Below the pieces are notes generated by a model. It ran no database searches. It saw nothing but the letters and a program-made list of their open reading frames with translations, and was not told the origin of the DNA. Below are positions 1 to 8,479 of a stretch of DNA of 40,847 nucleotides, piece after piece (within the stretch, counting starts at the first letter, position 1; each line of letters begins with the position of its first letter). Both the position numbers and the translations under genes were made by a program. Origin of the DNA: Caldilineae bacterium (lineage in GTDB: Bacteria > Chloroflexota > Anaerolineae > DTLA01). The stretch covers positions 1-40,847 of the forward strand of contig JBBIHX010000010.1 in assembly GCA_037446815.1 (NCBI GenBank), given 5' to 3'.

Positions 1-12
1 CTCTCCTCGTGT

Positions 13-102
13 GTCATTGCGAGCGAAGCGAATCAATCCCACGCCCCGGAGATTGCTTCGGGCACTGCGTGCCCTCGCAATGACGGGTACCAACAGACTT
101 TG
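13..102. repeat. CGTC-type REP-like palindromic element with conserved flank
   Basis: Perfect 11-bp inverted repeat GTCATTGCGAG (13-23) / CTCGCAATGAC (74-84) with inner GAAGCGAATCAATC..GAGATTGCTTCG. Flank 90-102 is the reverse complement of 19574-19586. Confidence 0.8.
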
Positions 103-202
103 AACCGAGTCGGGAACGCACGGGGTCGGCGCCGCGTCTATACATTGGCCGGCTTGCCACACTGCATGCCACGTCCGGCCACTGACTCGGACGGAGCAAC
201 CG

Positions 203-3200
203 ATGAAGGATTTGGACACAATCCGCAGGGCGGTGCTGATAGGACTGGCCCTCGCTGTGCTTGCCGGATGCACAACGCCGACGCCGTTGCCCTCGCCTGT
301 GGGAACGCCGACGGCCACGCCACCTCCGCTGCCTTCGCCCTCTGCCACTGCCACACCGCGCCCGGCGTCGGTGGACTTGGGCGTGCCCGCGGGCGACACG
401 TACAACGTCCTTGCGAGCGCGCTGGATTCTGCCCGCGGGTTGGTGTACGCGGTCGGCAACGAGGGGGATGCCCGCACGGACGCGGGTGTGGTGGCGGTCG
501 TTGACCTGGAAGCGGGCCGCGTGCAAGCATCGGCCTCGCTGCCGGTAACCGTGGACTGGACGTCCGCGGTGGCCCTGTCTGCCGATGGGGCGCGCTTGTA
601 TGTGGCCGGTCGCGATCGCGACGCGCGCGATGTCGCCGTCGTCGTTGCCACGGGGGTGGATGGACGCCCTCTCGGCGAGGTGCTGGGCACCGTCTCGGAC
701 GTGCGCGCGCTGGCGCTGGATGCGACAGGCGGGCACCTGTACGTGGCGAATGACAAGCGCCTGCGCCGTTTGAACGCGCTGTCTCTGGAGCAAGAGGCCG
801 CGACGGATGCCCCCGATGCGTTGTCGCCCATGGTGCTCCTGACCGTTAGCCCGCGCGCGGGGCGGGTATATCTGTGCGACTTCGCCGGGAATGGCATTTT
901 CGCCTATAGAGCAGACGATTTGACATTCGTCGGGATGCTGGAACCTGGAGCGCAGGTGTACGCGCTCACGGCCAGCCCGGCGGGGCCAGAGGTCTATGCC
1001 ACGGTGCAGGCGTTCACCCGCCAGCAGTCCGTTGCTCGCGTGGTGGTCATCCGAGGGGATGCTATCGTCGCCCAATGGGATATGGGCGAACCGTACTACT
1101 CGGCGCGGGTTGCCGCGTCGCCAGACGGTCGGGTGCTCGTGCTGCAAGATGGCTCCAGCGGCGACGGCATGTGGTCGCGGGTGCAAATCCGAGATGCGGA
1201 AACGGGCGCCGTGCTGAAGGCGTTTTCGCTGCCCTACGCGAACCTCACGTACTCGGCTGGGGTCGTCTATAGGGACAGGCTTGTGCGGGTGGGCGACGTC
1301 CTGTTCACCGCGGACTTGGATACGGGCGAGGTAGGCACGCCGCTGCACCTGGGCGTGGGCGTGGTGCAGATGGCGCTGGATGCGGATGCCGATTCCCTGC
1401 ACGTCCTGGATTCCACAGGCGTGTTGCACGCCATAGATTTGGCGACGATGGCTCGGGTGCGTTCGCGGCCCATCGTGGACACGGGGTTGGAGTCCCTGTC
1501 CGATGGCCCGATGACGGCGCATGGAGGTCGCCTGTACGTCGCGGACGTTCGGGGGAATCGCACGTTGGTCTTGGACGCGGCCACGGGCGAGAAGGTGGGA
1601 GAGATTCCGAAAGCGGGCCAGGTGAGCGTGGACGAGGCACGCAAGCGGCTGTTTGTAACGCGTCAGGGGGTCTTCATTGCCGACGCGGCGAGTTATCAGA
1701 TTGTCGGCTCGGTGGAAGGCACCGTGCGCGAGGAGCAGCAACTCTACTCGCCAGGCGCAGTGGAGGCGACATACGACCCGACGACGGACCGCCTGTATGT
1801 GATTATGACCAACAACGCCGCCGGCTCGGGGGCGCGCACGTGGCTGGACATCTACGACGCGAAGACGCTGGCGCGGTTGGAGACGCCCATTCAGAGCGAC
1901 CAGCGATTCGTGGATGGACTGGCGTTGGACGGGGGCGCGGGGAGCGTGTGGGTTGCGGCCAACTATCCGCGGGCGGTGCTTTCCGCGTGGTCGCCCGACG
2001 GCCGATTGCTGGTGCGACTCGCGGGCTTGGGCGGGAGGCTGTTTCTGGACGCGGGGCGCGGGCGGCTGTACGCGCGTGCGTGGGGCGGGCTGGCCGCTGT
2101 GGACACGGCGACCGGCGACGTGGTGGGATTCCGCCCGCTCTCGGTGCGGTTTCCGGATGTCGCGGTGTTTGACGAGGGCAGGGGGTGCTTCTACGTCGCG
2201 GAACGCAACAGCGCGACGGTGCAGGTGGTGCCGCCGGGGCCGTCGCCTGTGGCCGCGCAGTCCCCGACGGCGCTGCCGCCTCGGCCCGTGCGCGACTTGG
2301 CCGTCGGCGGCGGGGCTGCTATGTTGGCGGCTATCGGCGAAGCGGAGGCCGCGGCGGTGTACCGAAGGGAGGATGGCGGTTGGGTTCCGGTGCGGGGGTA
2401 CTTTGCGGATGGGACGCCGGCCCGCGTGATGGCTGCGCCTGGGACGCGGCCCGTCTTCTTCGCTTTCTCCGCCGAGGGCAGTTACAGCCCCTCGGCTCTG
2501 TTGCGCTCCACCGACGGCGGGCGGAGTTGGCAGGTGTCCTCGCGCGGCCTCACCGACTTCTACATCCGCGACGCGGCCTTCTCGCCCGATTTTGCCACGG
2601 ACGGCACTGCGGTTGTCCTGGCGGGAGAGAGCGGTCTGTTCCGGACGACGGACGGCGGGGAAACCTGGGCGCATGCTGCCGACATTGCCGGCGTGCGCGT
2701 CGCCGCATCGGCGGGGCCGTGTTTTGTGGTGCTGTCGGCCAATGCGCAGTACAGCAGCACGGACGTGTACGTTGCTTGCGGGCGGGACGGCGCGCTACAG
2801 GCGGTGGGCGCGATTCCCGTACCGCCCTACTTCGTGAAGGCGTTGGCCCTGTCGCCCGAATTCTCCACGGATGGGGTAGCACTGGCGGCAGCAGAGAACG
2901 GTGGCATGTTCCGATCGCAAGATGGCGGGCGAACGTGGGAGTCGGTGGGGCCGCCCCTGGCGTCGCTCGTATCCGGCTTCACATTTGTCTTCGCGCCAGA
3001 TTTCTCGGCGAATCGCACCGTGTACGCCCTGGCGTCCGAGATGTTCTACGGCGGGCAGCGGGAGCAGCGTTTGCTGCGCTCCACGGACGGAGGGGCGAAT
3101 TGGGAACAGGCGGACGGGGGGAGGAGCCTGTCGGCCCTTGCGTTGGGGCCGGATGGGCGCATCTGGGCGGGCACAGTGGACGGCCGGGTGGAGCCCTTGG

Positions 3201-3793
3201 CGAAGGAGCGGCTCTTGTGGGCGGAGGCGCCTGCTCCCACGCCGACGTTCACGCCGCCGCCCCCGCCCACGCCGGCGCCGACACCGACGCCGTTGGTTCC
3301 GCTGATGCCGCCCACCGGCCTGCACTGGCCGGATGGCATCTTCTCGGCGCTGTGGCGTTCCGACGAGGCGGTGCGGCAAGCGCTGGGGTGGGCGAGTGAG
3401 GAGTCCGCGCACGACACCGCCGCGGCGCTGGAGGCATTTGAGAGAGGCATCATGCTTTGGCGGCAGGATGTCGGCGAGGTGTATGTCCTGTTCCCGGAGG
3501 GGGACTGGTACGCCATCACGGACACGTGGACGGCGGAGCAGCCCGAAAGCGATCCGGCCATCGCGCCCCCGGAAGGGCGGTTCCAGCCCGTTCGCGGCTT
3601 CGGCAAGGTGTGGCGCGAGAATCAGTGGCTGCGCGAGCGGCTGGGGTGGGCGGTGGAGCCCGAGCGCGGCGTTACCGCGCAGGCGCAGCGGTTTGAGCAC
3701 GGCTGGCTTCTCCGCGCCGAAGGGAGCATCTACGCGCTGGTGAACGCGGACATCGGCCCGGCGTTCTGGCAGCGGCACGATGTCGGGCCGTAG
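203..3793 (+). CDS. Large surface lipoprotein: Pro/Thr linker, YVTN-like beta-propellers, BNR/Asp-box propeller, C-terminal repeat domain
   Basis: RBS GGAG before the ATG; signal peptide with lipobox LAGC; TPT/P-rich linkers; four Asp-boxes (RSTDGGRSW, RTTDGGETW, RSQDGGRTW, RSTDGGANW); C-terminal QPVRGFGKVWREN..LGWA motif. Confidence 0.85.
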   Translation: MKDLDTIRRAVLIGLALAVLAGCTTPTPLPSPVGTPTATPPPLPSPSATATPRPASVDLGVPAGDTYNVLASALDSARGLVYAVGNEGDARTDAGVVAVVDLEAGRVQASASLPVTVDWTSAVALSADGARLYVAGRDRDARDVAVVVATGVDGRPLGEVLGTVSDVRALALDATGGHLYVANDKRLRRLNALSLEQEAATDAPDALSPMVLLTVSPRAGRVYLCDFAGNGIFAYRADDLTFVGMLEPGAQVYALTASPAGPEVYATVQAFTRQQSVARVVVIRGDAIVAQWDMGEPYYSARVAASPDGRVLVLQDGSSGDGMWSRVQIRDAETGAVLKAFSLPYANLTYSAGVVYRDRLVRVGDVLFTADLDTGEVGTPLHLGVGVVQMALDADADSLHVLDSTGVLHAIDLATMARVRSRPIVDTGLESLSDGPMTAHGGRLYVADVRGNRTLVLDAATGEKVGEIPKAGQVSVDEARKRLFVTRQGVFIADAASYQIVGSVEGTVREEQQLYSPGAVEATYDPTTDRLYVIMTNNAAGSGARTWLDIYDAKTLARLETPIQSDQRFVDGLALDGGAGSVWVAANYPRAVLSAWSPDGRLLVRLAGLGGRLFLDAGRGRLYARAWGGLAAVDTATGDVVGFRPLSVRFPDVAVFDEGRGCFYVAERNSATVQVVPPGPSPVAAQSPTALPPRPVRDLAVGGGAAMLAAIGEAEAAAVYRREDGGWVPVRGYFADGTPARVMAAPGTRPVFFAFSAEGSYSPSALLRSTDGGRSWQVSSRGLTDFYIRDAAFSPDFATDGTAVVLAGESGLFRTTDGGETWAHAADIAGVRVAASAGPCFVVLSANAQYSSTDVYVACGRDGALQAVGAIPVPPYFVKALALSPEFSTDGVALAAAENGGMFRSQDGGRTWESVGPPLASLVSGFTFVFAPDFSANRTVYALASEMFYGGQREQRLLRSTDGGANWEQADGGRSLSALALGPDGRIWAGTVDGRVEPLAKERLLWAEAPAPTPTFTPPPPPTPAPTPTPLVPLMPPTGLHWPDGIFSALWRSDEAVRQALGWASEESAHDTAAALEAFERGIMLWRQDVGEVYVLFPEGDWYAITDTWTAEQPESDPAIAPPEGRFQPVRGFGKVWRENQWLRERLGWAVEPERGVTAQAQRFEHGWLLRAEGSIYALVNADIGPAFWQRHDVGP

Positions 3794-3921
3794 GGCGCTG
3801 TGGGAGCGCATCCGCGAAAAGCGCGAATCCACGCGAATGGGATGCGGGAGGGATTCTTGACCCCTGGGCTGCGCGGGTGGTGTTGTTCAGTGATACGGGC
3901 TTTCACGCCGACCGACCCATG

Positions 3922-3950
3922 TTGCCTAATTCGCCAGGTTATGGTATAAT
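3922..3950 (+). promoter_or_regulatory. Sigma70-type promoter for the fchA-folD-fhs unit
   Basis: TTGCCT (3922-3927), 17-bp spacer, extended -10 TGgTATAAT (TATAAT at 3945-3950). Confidence 0.75.
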
Positions 3951-4237
3951 AGTGAAAGTGGGAACAGATACCCACGTCCATCACTCCGAGAGCGGGGGAT
4001 CATGACCCGGCTGCCACAGTCAACGGATGCATTTTGGAACCTGGCCACTTTCCGTTCCGCTCCCGCGTGCGTTTGCGGCTGCGCGCGGGTGGGTGAGGAC
4101 ACGGCTTTCCCTTCTGCCCCTGGCGTCCATGCGCTGGACCCACACGGCCCCTTTGAGGATAGAATCAGCACTCGCGCAGGCGTCTTGCCCTGCGTTGAAC
4201 GATGTAGACTGCCAACGTTGGAGTGCAGTTGGCGGAC

Positions 4238-4252
4238 TTGACAAGTTGTCAA
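4238..4252. promoter_or_regulatory. Palindrome TTGACAA-G-TTGTCAA in the fchA leader (candidate operator or RNA element)
   Basis: Perfect 7-1-7 AT-rich palindrome in a GC-rich background. Confidence 0.4.
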
Positions 4253-4376
4253 CGGCGACACATGGAGCGTAGAGGCTACCGTGCAGCCCCGGCGAAGAGG
4301 GCCGCCTGCCGACGGAAGTCGGCGAGGGTTGCGTTGCCCTGCACGTTGTTGGCGGCTTGGCCGCGCTGTGCTTCTT

Positions 4377-4399
4377 GCTCGCCACCCAGCGAGTTTTTT
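4377..4399 (+). terminator. Intrinsic terminator/attenuator just upstream of the fchA RBS
   Basis: GCTCGC-cacca-loop-GCGAG stem followed by TTTTTT, about 20 nt before AAGGAGG. Confidence 0.6.
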
Positions 4400-4431
4400 G
4401 TTGCACGAACGTATCCGAAGGAGGCAAGGAC

Positions 4432-5064
4432 ATGCCCGAAGCGTTCAGCCACAAGACCGTTGCCGAGTTTCTGGACGAACTTGCGTCCCAAGCGCCCGTG
4501 CCGGGCGGGGGCAGTGGCGCGGCCCTCGCAGGAGCCTTGGGTGCGGCGCTGGCGAGCATGGTGTGCAACCTGACCGTGGGCAAGCCCAAGTATGCCGACG
4601 TGCAGGATGAGATTCAGGCGCTTCTGGCGCAGACCGAGGCGCTGCGTGCTCGCTTGACCGCGCTGATTGATGAGGACGTTGCCGTGTACCACAGGCTCTC
4701 CTCGGCCTACAAGATGCCCAAGGACACCGACGAGCAGAAGGCGGCCCGCACCGCTGCCATTCAGGATATCCTCCGCGACGCCACGAAAGTCCCCATGCAG
4801 ATTGCCGAAGCGTGCGTTGAGGTGCTCCGCCTGTGCAAGCCCATCGCCGAGAAGGGGAACGTGGGCGCGGTGTCCGACGCGGGCGTGGCGGCGCTGCTGG
4901 CCGAAGCGGCCCTGCGATCGGCGGCGCTCAACGTGCTCATCAACCTCGCTGCCATCAAGGATGCGGAATTCGTGGCCCGCGAACGAGCCGCGCTAGACGG
5001 TCTCCTTTCCAGCAAGGCCCAGTTGAAGGAAGAAATCTACGATTTGGTGGTCTCAAAACTGTAG
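4432..5064 (+). CDS. fchA: Methenyl-THF cyclohydrolase / formiminotransferase-cyclodeaminase family
   Basis: FLDELAS.APVPGGGSGAAL.GA.GAAL.SMV.NLT.GK motif, SDAGVAA, NVLINL. Start set at ATG 4432 after AAGGAGG. Confidence 0.9.
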   Translation: MPEAFSHKTVAEFLDELASQAPVPGGGSGAALAGALGAALASMVCNLTVGKPKYADVQDEIQALLAQTEALRARLTALIDEDVAVYHRLSSAYKMPKDTDEQKAARTAAIQDILRDATKVPMQIAEACVEVLRLCKPIAEKGNVGAVSDAGVAALLAEAALRSAALNVLINLAAIKDAEFVARERAALDGLLSSKAQLKEEIYDLVVSKL

Positions 5065-5075
5065 GAGAAGAGGAA

Positions 5076-5951
5076 ATGTCCGCGCTGATCTTGGACGGAA
5101 GAGAACTCGCCAAGACCCTGAAAGAAGAAGTGGTTGCAGCCGTGGCCGAATTCAAGTCCGCGCACGGGTACGCGCCGTCGGTCGCCGTTGTGCGGGCAGG
5201 TGAGGACCCCGCATCGGTGTCGTACGCCAACGCCATCCGCAAGACGTTTGAGGGGGCGGGGATGGGGTTTGCGCTCCACGCGCTGCCCGAGTCGGCATCG
5301 CAGGACGAGATCGTGCGCGTGGTGGCGAGCCTGTCGGCGGACCCCAACGTGCACGGCATCATGGTGCAGGAGCCGCTGCCGAAGGGGATTGACGAGGCGG
5401 TGGTGAAGGAGGCCATCGCCCCGCAGAAGGATGTGGACGGTGTGCATCCGGTCAACACGGGGCGACTGGCGCAGGTTGCGCCCGCCGGACGGCCGGCGGG
5501 TGTGCTGGATTTCTTTGTTCCGGCCACGCCTGCGGGCGGGATGGAGATTCTGAAGCGGTACAAGATTGAGATCGCCGGCAAGCATGCTGTGGTCGTGGGC
5601 CGCTCCAACATCGTGGGCAAGCCGATGGCGCTCCTGCTCCTGCGGGAGAACGCCACGGTTACGTTGGCCCACTCGCGCACGGCCGACTTGGCCGGCGTCT
5701 GTCGGCAGGCCGACATTCTGTGCGCGGCGGTCGGCAAAGCCGGTCTCATCACGGGCAACTGGATCAAGCCGGGCGCCGTCGTCATTGATTTCGGCGTGAA
5801 CTTCGTGGACGGCAAGATGGTGGGCGACGTGGATTTTGCGTCGGCGGTGGAGGTGGCGGGCGCCATCACGCCCGTGCCCGGCGGCACCGGCCCCATGACC
5901 AACATGATGCTGATGCTGAACGTGCTCCAGGCGGCGCGTCTGCTGCGCTAG
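5076..5951 (+). CDS. folD: Methylene-THF dehydrogenase / methenyl-THF cyclohydrolase
   Basis: ILDGRELA, GIMVQEPLP, KDVDG.HP.N.G, GRSNIVGKP, ITPVPGGTGPMT. Start at ATG 5076 after AGGAGAAGAGG. Confidence 0.95.
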   Translation: MSALILDGRELAKTLKEEVVAAVAEFKSAHGYAPSVAVVRAGEDPASVSYANAIRKTFEGAGMGFALHALPESASQDEIVRVVASLSADPNVHGIMVQEPLPKGIDEAVVKEAIAPQKDVDGVHPVNTGRLAQVAPAGRPAGVLDFFVPATPAGGMEILKRYKIEIAGKHAVVVGRSNIVGKPMALLLLRENATVTLAHSRTADLAGVCRQADILCAAVGKAGLITGNWIKPGAVVIDFGVNFVDGKMVGDVDFASAVEVAGAITPVPGGTGPMTNMMLMLNVLQAARLLR

Positions 5952-6023
5952 ACCGCGCAACTGTGGCGGGAAGCGCGAGATTATAGAATCATAGCAAATC
6001 CAACGAGGAGGCAGAAGGAACCT

Positions 6024-7898
6024 ATGGGAAAGCAACTCAATGTGGAACGCAGGAATCCGGTACCCAGCGATATTGAAATCGCGCAAGAGGCGAAACTCCG
6101 CCCTATCACCGAGATCATGGAGGAAATCGGGTTGCAGCCCGATGAGGTTGACCTGTATGGGAAGTACAAGGCGAAGGTCCACCTCAGCGTTCTGGAGCGG
6201 CTGAAAGATCGGCCGAACGGCAAGTACATTGACGTTACGGCCATCACCCCCACGCCGCTGGGCGAGGGCAAGACGGTAACCACCATCGGCGTGAGCCAGG
6301 GCCTGGCCTACCTGGGGAAGAAGGTGTTCACCTGCATCCGCCAGCCGTCGCAAGGCCCGACCTTCGGCATCAAGGGCGGCGCGGCAGGCGGCGGCTACAG
6401 CCAGATCGTCCCCATGGAGGACTTCAACCTGCACCTGACGGGCGACATCCACGCGGTGGGCGCGGCGCACAACCTGCTGGCGGCGGCCATTGACAACCGC
6501 ATCCAGAAGGAATCGCGCTGGAGCACCAACTTCATGGCCAAGGCGTTGTGCCCCGATGACCAGTACACGCCCTCCATGCGCAAGCGCCTGGCGAAACTCG
6601 GGATCCAGTCCGAGCGGCCTTCGGACCTGAGCGACGCAGATCGCGAGCGCATGTTCCGCCTGGACATTGACCCGTACTCCATCCAGTGGCGCCGTGTCGT
6701 GGACATCAGCGACGCGCAGTTGCGGAACATCATCATCGGTTTGGGGACGGTGAACGACGGGCCGCCGCGGGCGACCGGCTACGACATCACCGTGGCGTCG
6801 GAGATTATGGCGGCGCTGGCGCTATGCAGCGGCTTGCAGGACTTGCGCGAGCGGATGGGGCGCATCGTCATCGGCACCAGCAAGAAGGGCGAGCCCATCA
6901 CTGCAGAGGACCTGAACGTGGCCGGGGCCATGACGGTCCTGCTCAAGGACGCCATCATGCCCAACCTGATGCAGACGCTGCAGGGCAGCCCGGCGTTTGT
7001 GCACTGCGGCCCCTTCGCCAACATCGCCCAGGGCAACAGTTCCATCCTGGCCGACCGCATTGCGCTCAAACTGGCCGACTATGTGGTAACGGAGAGCGGC
7101 TTCGGCGCCGACTGCGGCATGGAGAAGTTCATGGACATCAAGTGCCGCGTGTCGGGCCTGGTGCCGAACTGCGTCGTGATGGTGGCCAGCGTCCGCGCGC
7201 TGAAGATGCACGGCGGCGGCCCGTCGGTTGTCCCCGGGAAGCCGCTGGACAAGGCCTACAAGGAAGAGAATTTGCGACTGCTGGAAGCGGGCTTGCCCAA
7301 CCTCATCCAGCACATTGAGAATGCCCGCAAGTTCGGCGTGCCGGTTGTCGTCGCCATCAACCGCTTCGTAACCGACACCGAGGCCGAAATCGCGCTCATC
7401 AAGCAAGCCGCGGTGCAGGCTGGCGCGGAAGGCGCTTTCGTGAGCGAAGTGTGGGCCAAAGGCGGTGAAGGCGGCGCGGAACTTGCCGAGGCCGTCATCG
7501 CGGCGTGCGAGAAGCCGTCTCAGTTCCGCTTCTTGTATCCGGACAATATGTCCATCAAGGAGAAGATTGAGACCATCGCCCGCGAGATCTATCGGGCCGA
7601 CGGGGTTACCTACACGCCCGAGGCCAACGAGAAGATTGAACTGTTCACCAGGTTGGGCTACAGCCATCTGCCCATCTGCATGGCGAAGACGCACTTGTCG
7701 TTCACGCACGATCCTACGGTGAAGGGCGCGCCGCGCGGATGGACGCTCCCTGTGGTGGACGTGCGGGCCAGCGTGGGCGCGGGGTTCCTGTATCCGCTGT
7801 GCGGCACCATGCGCACGATGCCCGGCCTGCCGAGCCGTCCTGCGTTCACCGACGTGGACCTGGACCTGGAGACCGGCCGCGTCGTGGGTCTCTTCTAG
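6024..7898 (+). CDS. fhs: Formate--tetrahydrofolate ligase (long form)
   Basis: ITPTPLGEGKT, RQPSQGPTFGIKGGAAGGGYSQ, GPFANIA.G, TESGFGAD.GMEKF, ICMAKTHLS, MPGLP. Confidence 0.97.
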   Translation: MGKQLNVERRNPVPSDIEIAQEAKLRPITEIMEEIGLQPDEVDLYGKYKAKVHLSVLERLKDRPNGKYIDVTAITPTPLGEGKTVTTIGVSQGLAYLGKKVFTCIRQPSQGPTFGIKGGAAGGGYSQIVPMEDFNLHLTGDIHAVGAAHNLLAAAIDNRIQKESRWSTNFMAKALCPDDQYTPSMRKRLAKLGIQSERPSDLSDADRERMFRLDIDPYSIQWRRVVDISDAQLRNIIIGLGTVNDGPPRATGYDITVASEIMAALALCSGLQDLRERMGRIVIGTSKKGEPITAEDLNVAGAMTVLLKDAIMPNLMQTLQGSPAFVHCGPFANIAQGNSSILADRIALKLADYVVTESGFGADCGMEKFMDIKCRVSGLVPNCVVMVASVRALKMHGGGPSVVPGKPLDKAYKEENLRLLEAGLPNLIQHIENARKFGVPVVVAINRFVTDTEAEIALIKQAAVQAGAEGAFVSEVWAKGGEGGAELAEAVIAACEKPSQFRFLYPDNMSIKEKIETIAREIYRADGVTYTPEANEKIELFTRLGYSHLPICMAKTHLSFTHDPTVKGAPRGWTLPVVDVRASVGAGFLYPLCGTMRTMPGLPSRPAFTDVDLDLETGRVVGLF

Positions 7899-7909
7899 CC
7901 TGGCTTCTT

Positions 7910-7945
7910 GCCTGCTGGGCGGGCGAGCGTGCCTGCCCAGCAGGC
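7910..7945 (+). terminator. Strong hairpin after fhs (no U-tract)
   Basis: GCCTGCTGGGCGGGC / GCCTGCCCAGCAGGC, 15-bp stem with one G-U pair and a 6-nt loop. Confidence 0.55.
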
Positions 7946-7954
7946 CGCGCGTGA

Positions 7955-8046
7955 TGCCAACGTGAGTTGGCAGAAAACCCAACACAAGGTTTGGCTAGAT
8001 AAGCCCACACAATCAATTTGTGGCCAGACGCCGAAACGGTTATAAT
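7955..8046 (+). promoter_or_regulatory. Promoter of the CODH/ACS operon with upstream palindrome
   Basis: TATAAT at 8041-8046 with TTGTGG 17 bp upstream; palindrome TGCCAAC-gtga-GTTGGCA at 7955-7972. Confidence 0.6.
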
Positions 8047-8118
8047 GGGGCCGAGCCCGCGGAAGGGCGCATGTCGGCGGATAACCTGCACCATCCACAA
8101 CCGAGCGAGGAAGAGATT

Positions 8119-8451
8119 ATGGAACACGTTGAGTACAGTGTCCCGCGAATGTGGGCAGACCACCACGTGCCCATCGTCCGAAAGGCGCTTCTGGGCATCC
8201 CCGGCGTGGAAGATGTCTACGCCAGTTCAGCATGGAAAACCGTCCGCATCACCTACGATCCGACCCGCGTAACCCCCGAGAATCTTGAGAAGGCCCTGGC
8301 CGATGCCGGCTATCCCGTTGGTGTGGAGTTGGAACTGCCGACGTATCCGGAGCAGACCAAGGACAACGCCATGTGGTACACCGTGGCCGGGCGCATGACC
8401 CAGACCAACTTGGTCGACCTCAAGATGTCGGGCGATCACCGCAAGTACTAG
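8119..8451 (+). CDS. HMA/CopZ-fold protein with MWADHH in place of MxCxxC (candidate Ni chaperone)
   Basis: Y.VP.M....V..VRKALLGIPGVEDV......V.ITYDP..VT.E.L.KAL.DAGY follows the HMA pattern. RBS GAGGAAG before ATG 8119; alternative ATG at 8071. Confidence 0.8.
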   Translation: MEHVEYSVPRMWADHHVPIVRKALLGIPGVEDVYASSAWKTVRITYDPTRVTPENLEKALADAGYPVGVELELPTYPEQTKDNAMWYTVAGRMTQTNLVDLKMSGDHRKY

Positions 8452-8479
8452 CGGGCAGGATTCCAGGAGGAAAGACCCC

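Noticed and set aside
14..2674. 886-aa minus-strand ORF and other long antisense ORFs (10442-12745, 15805-17982, 36146-38758 and others)
   Set aside because: They shadow well-supported + strand genes, are Arg/His/Ala-rich with no motifs, and are expected from high-GC codon bias.
3812..3846. CGCGAA x3 short repeat inside a GCATCC/GGATGC stem after the lipoprotein gene
   Set aside because: Too short and degenerate to assign; probably a decayed intergenic repeat.
4002..4241. 79-aa ORF in the fchA leader
   Set aside because: Atypical composition, no motif and overlap with hairpins. It cannot be excluded as a leader peptide but is unsupported.
3957..4431. Known ZTP (pfl), THF, cobalamin, SAM, Moco or T-box elements in the leader
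   Set aside because: Their diagnostic conserved strings (e.g. GACUGGCG..CGCCUGGGC, CCCGCAACUGU, GGUGGxACCGCG) are not present.
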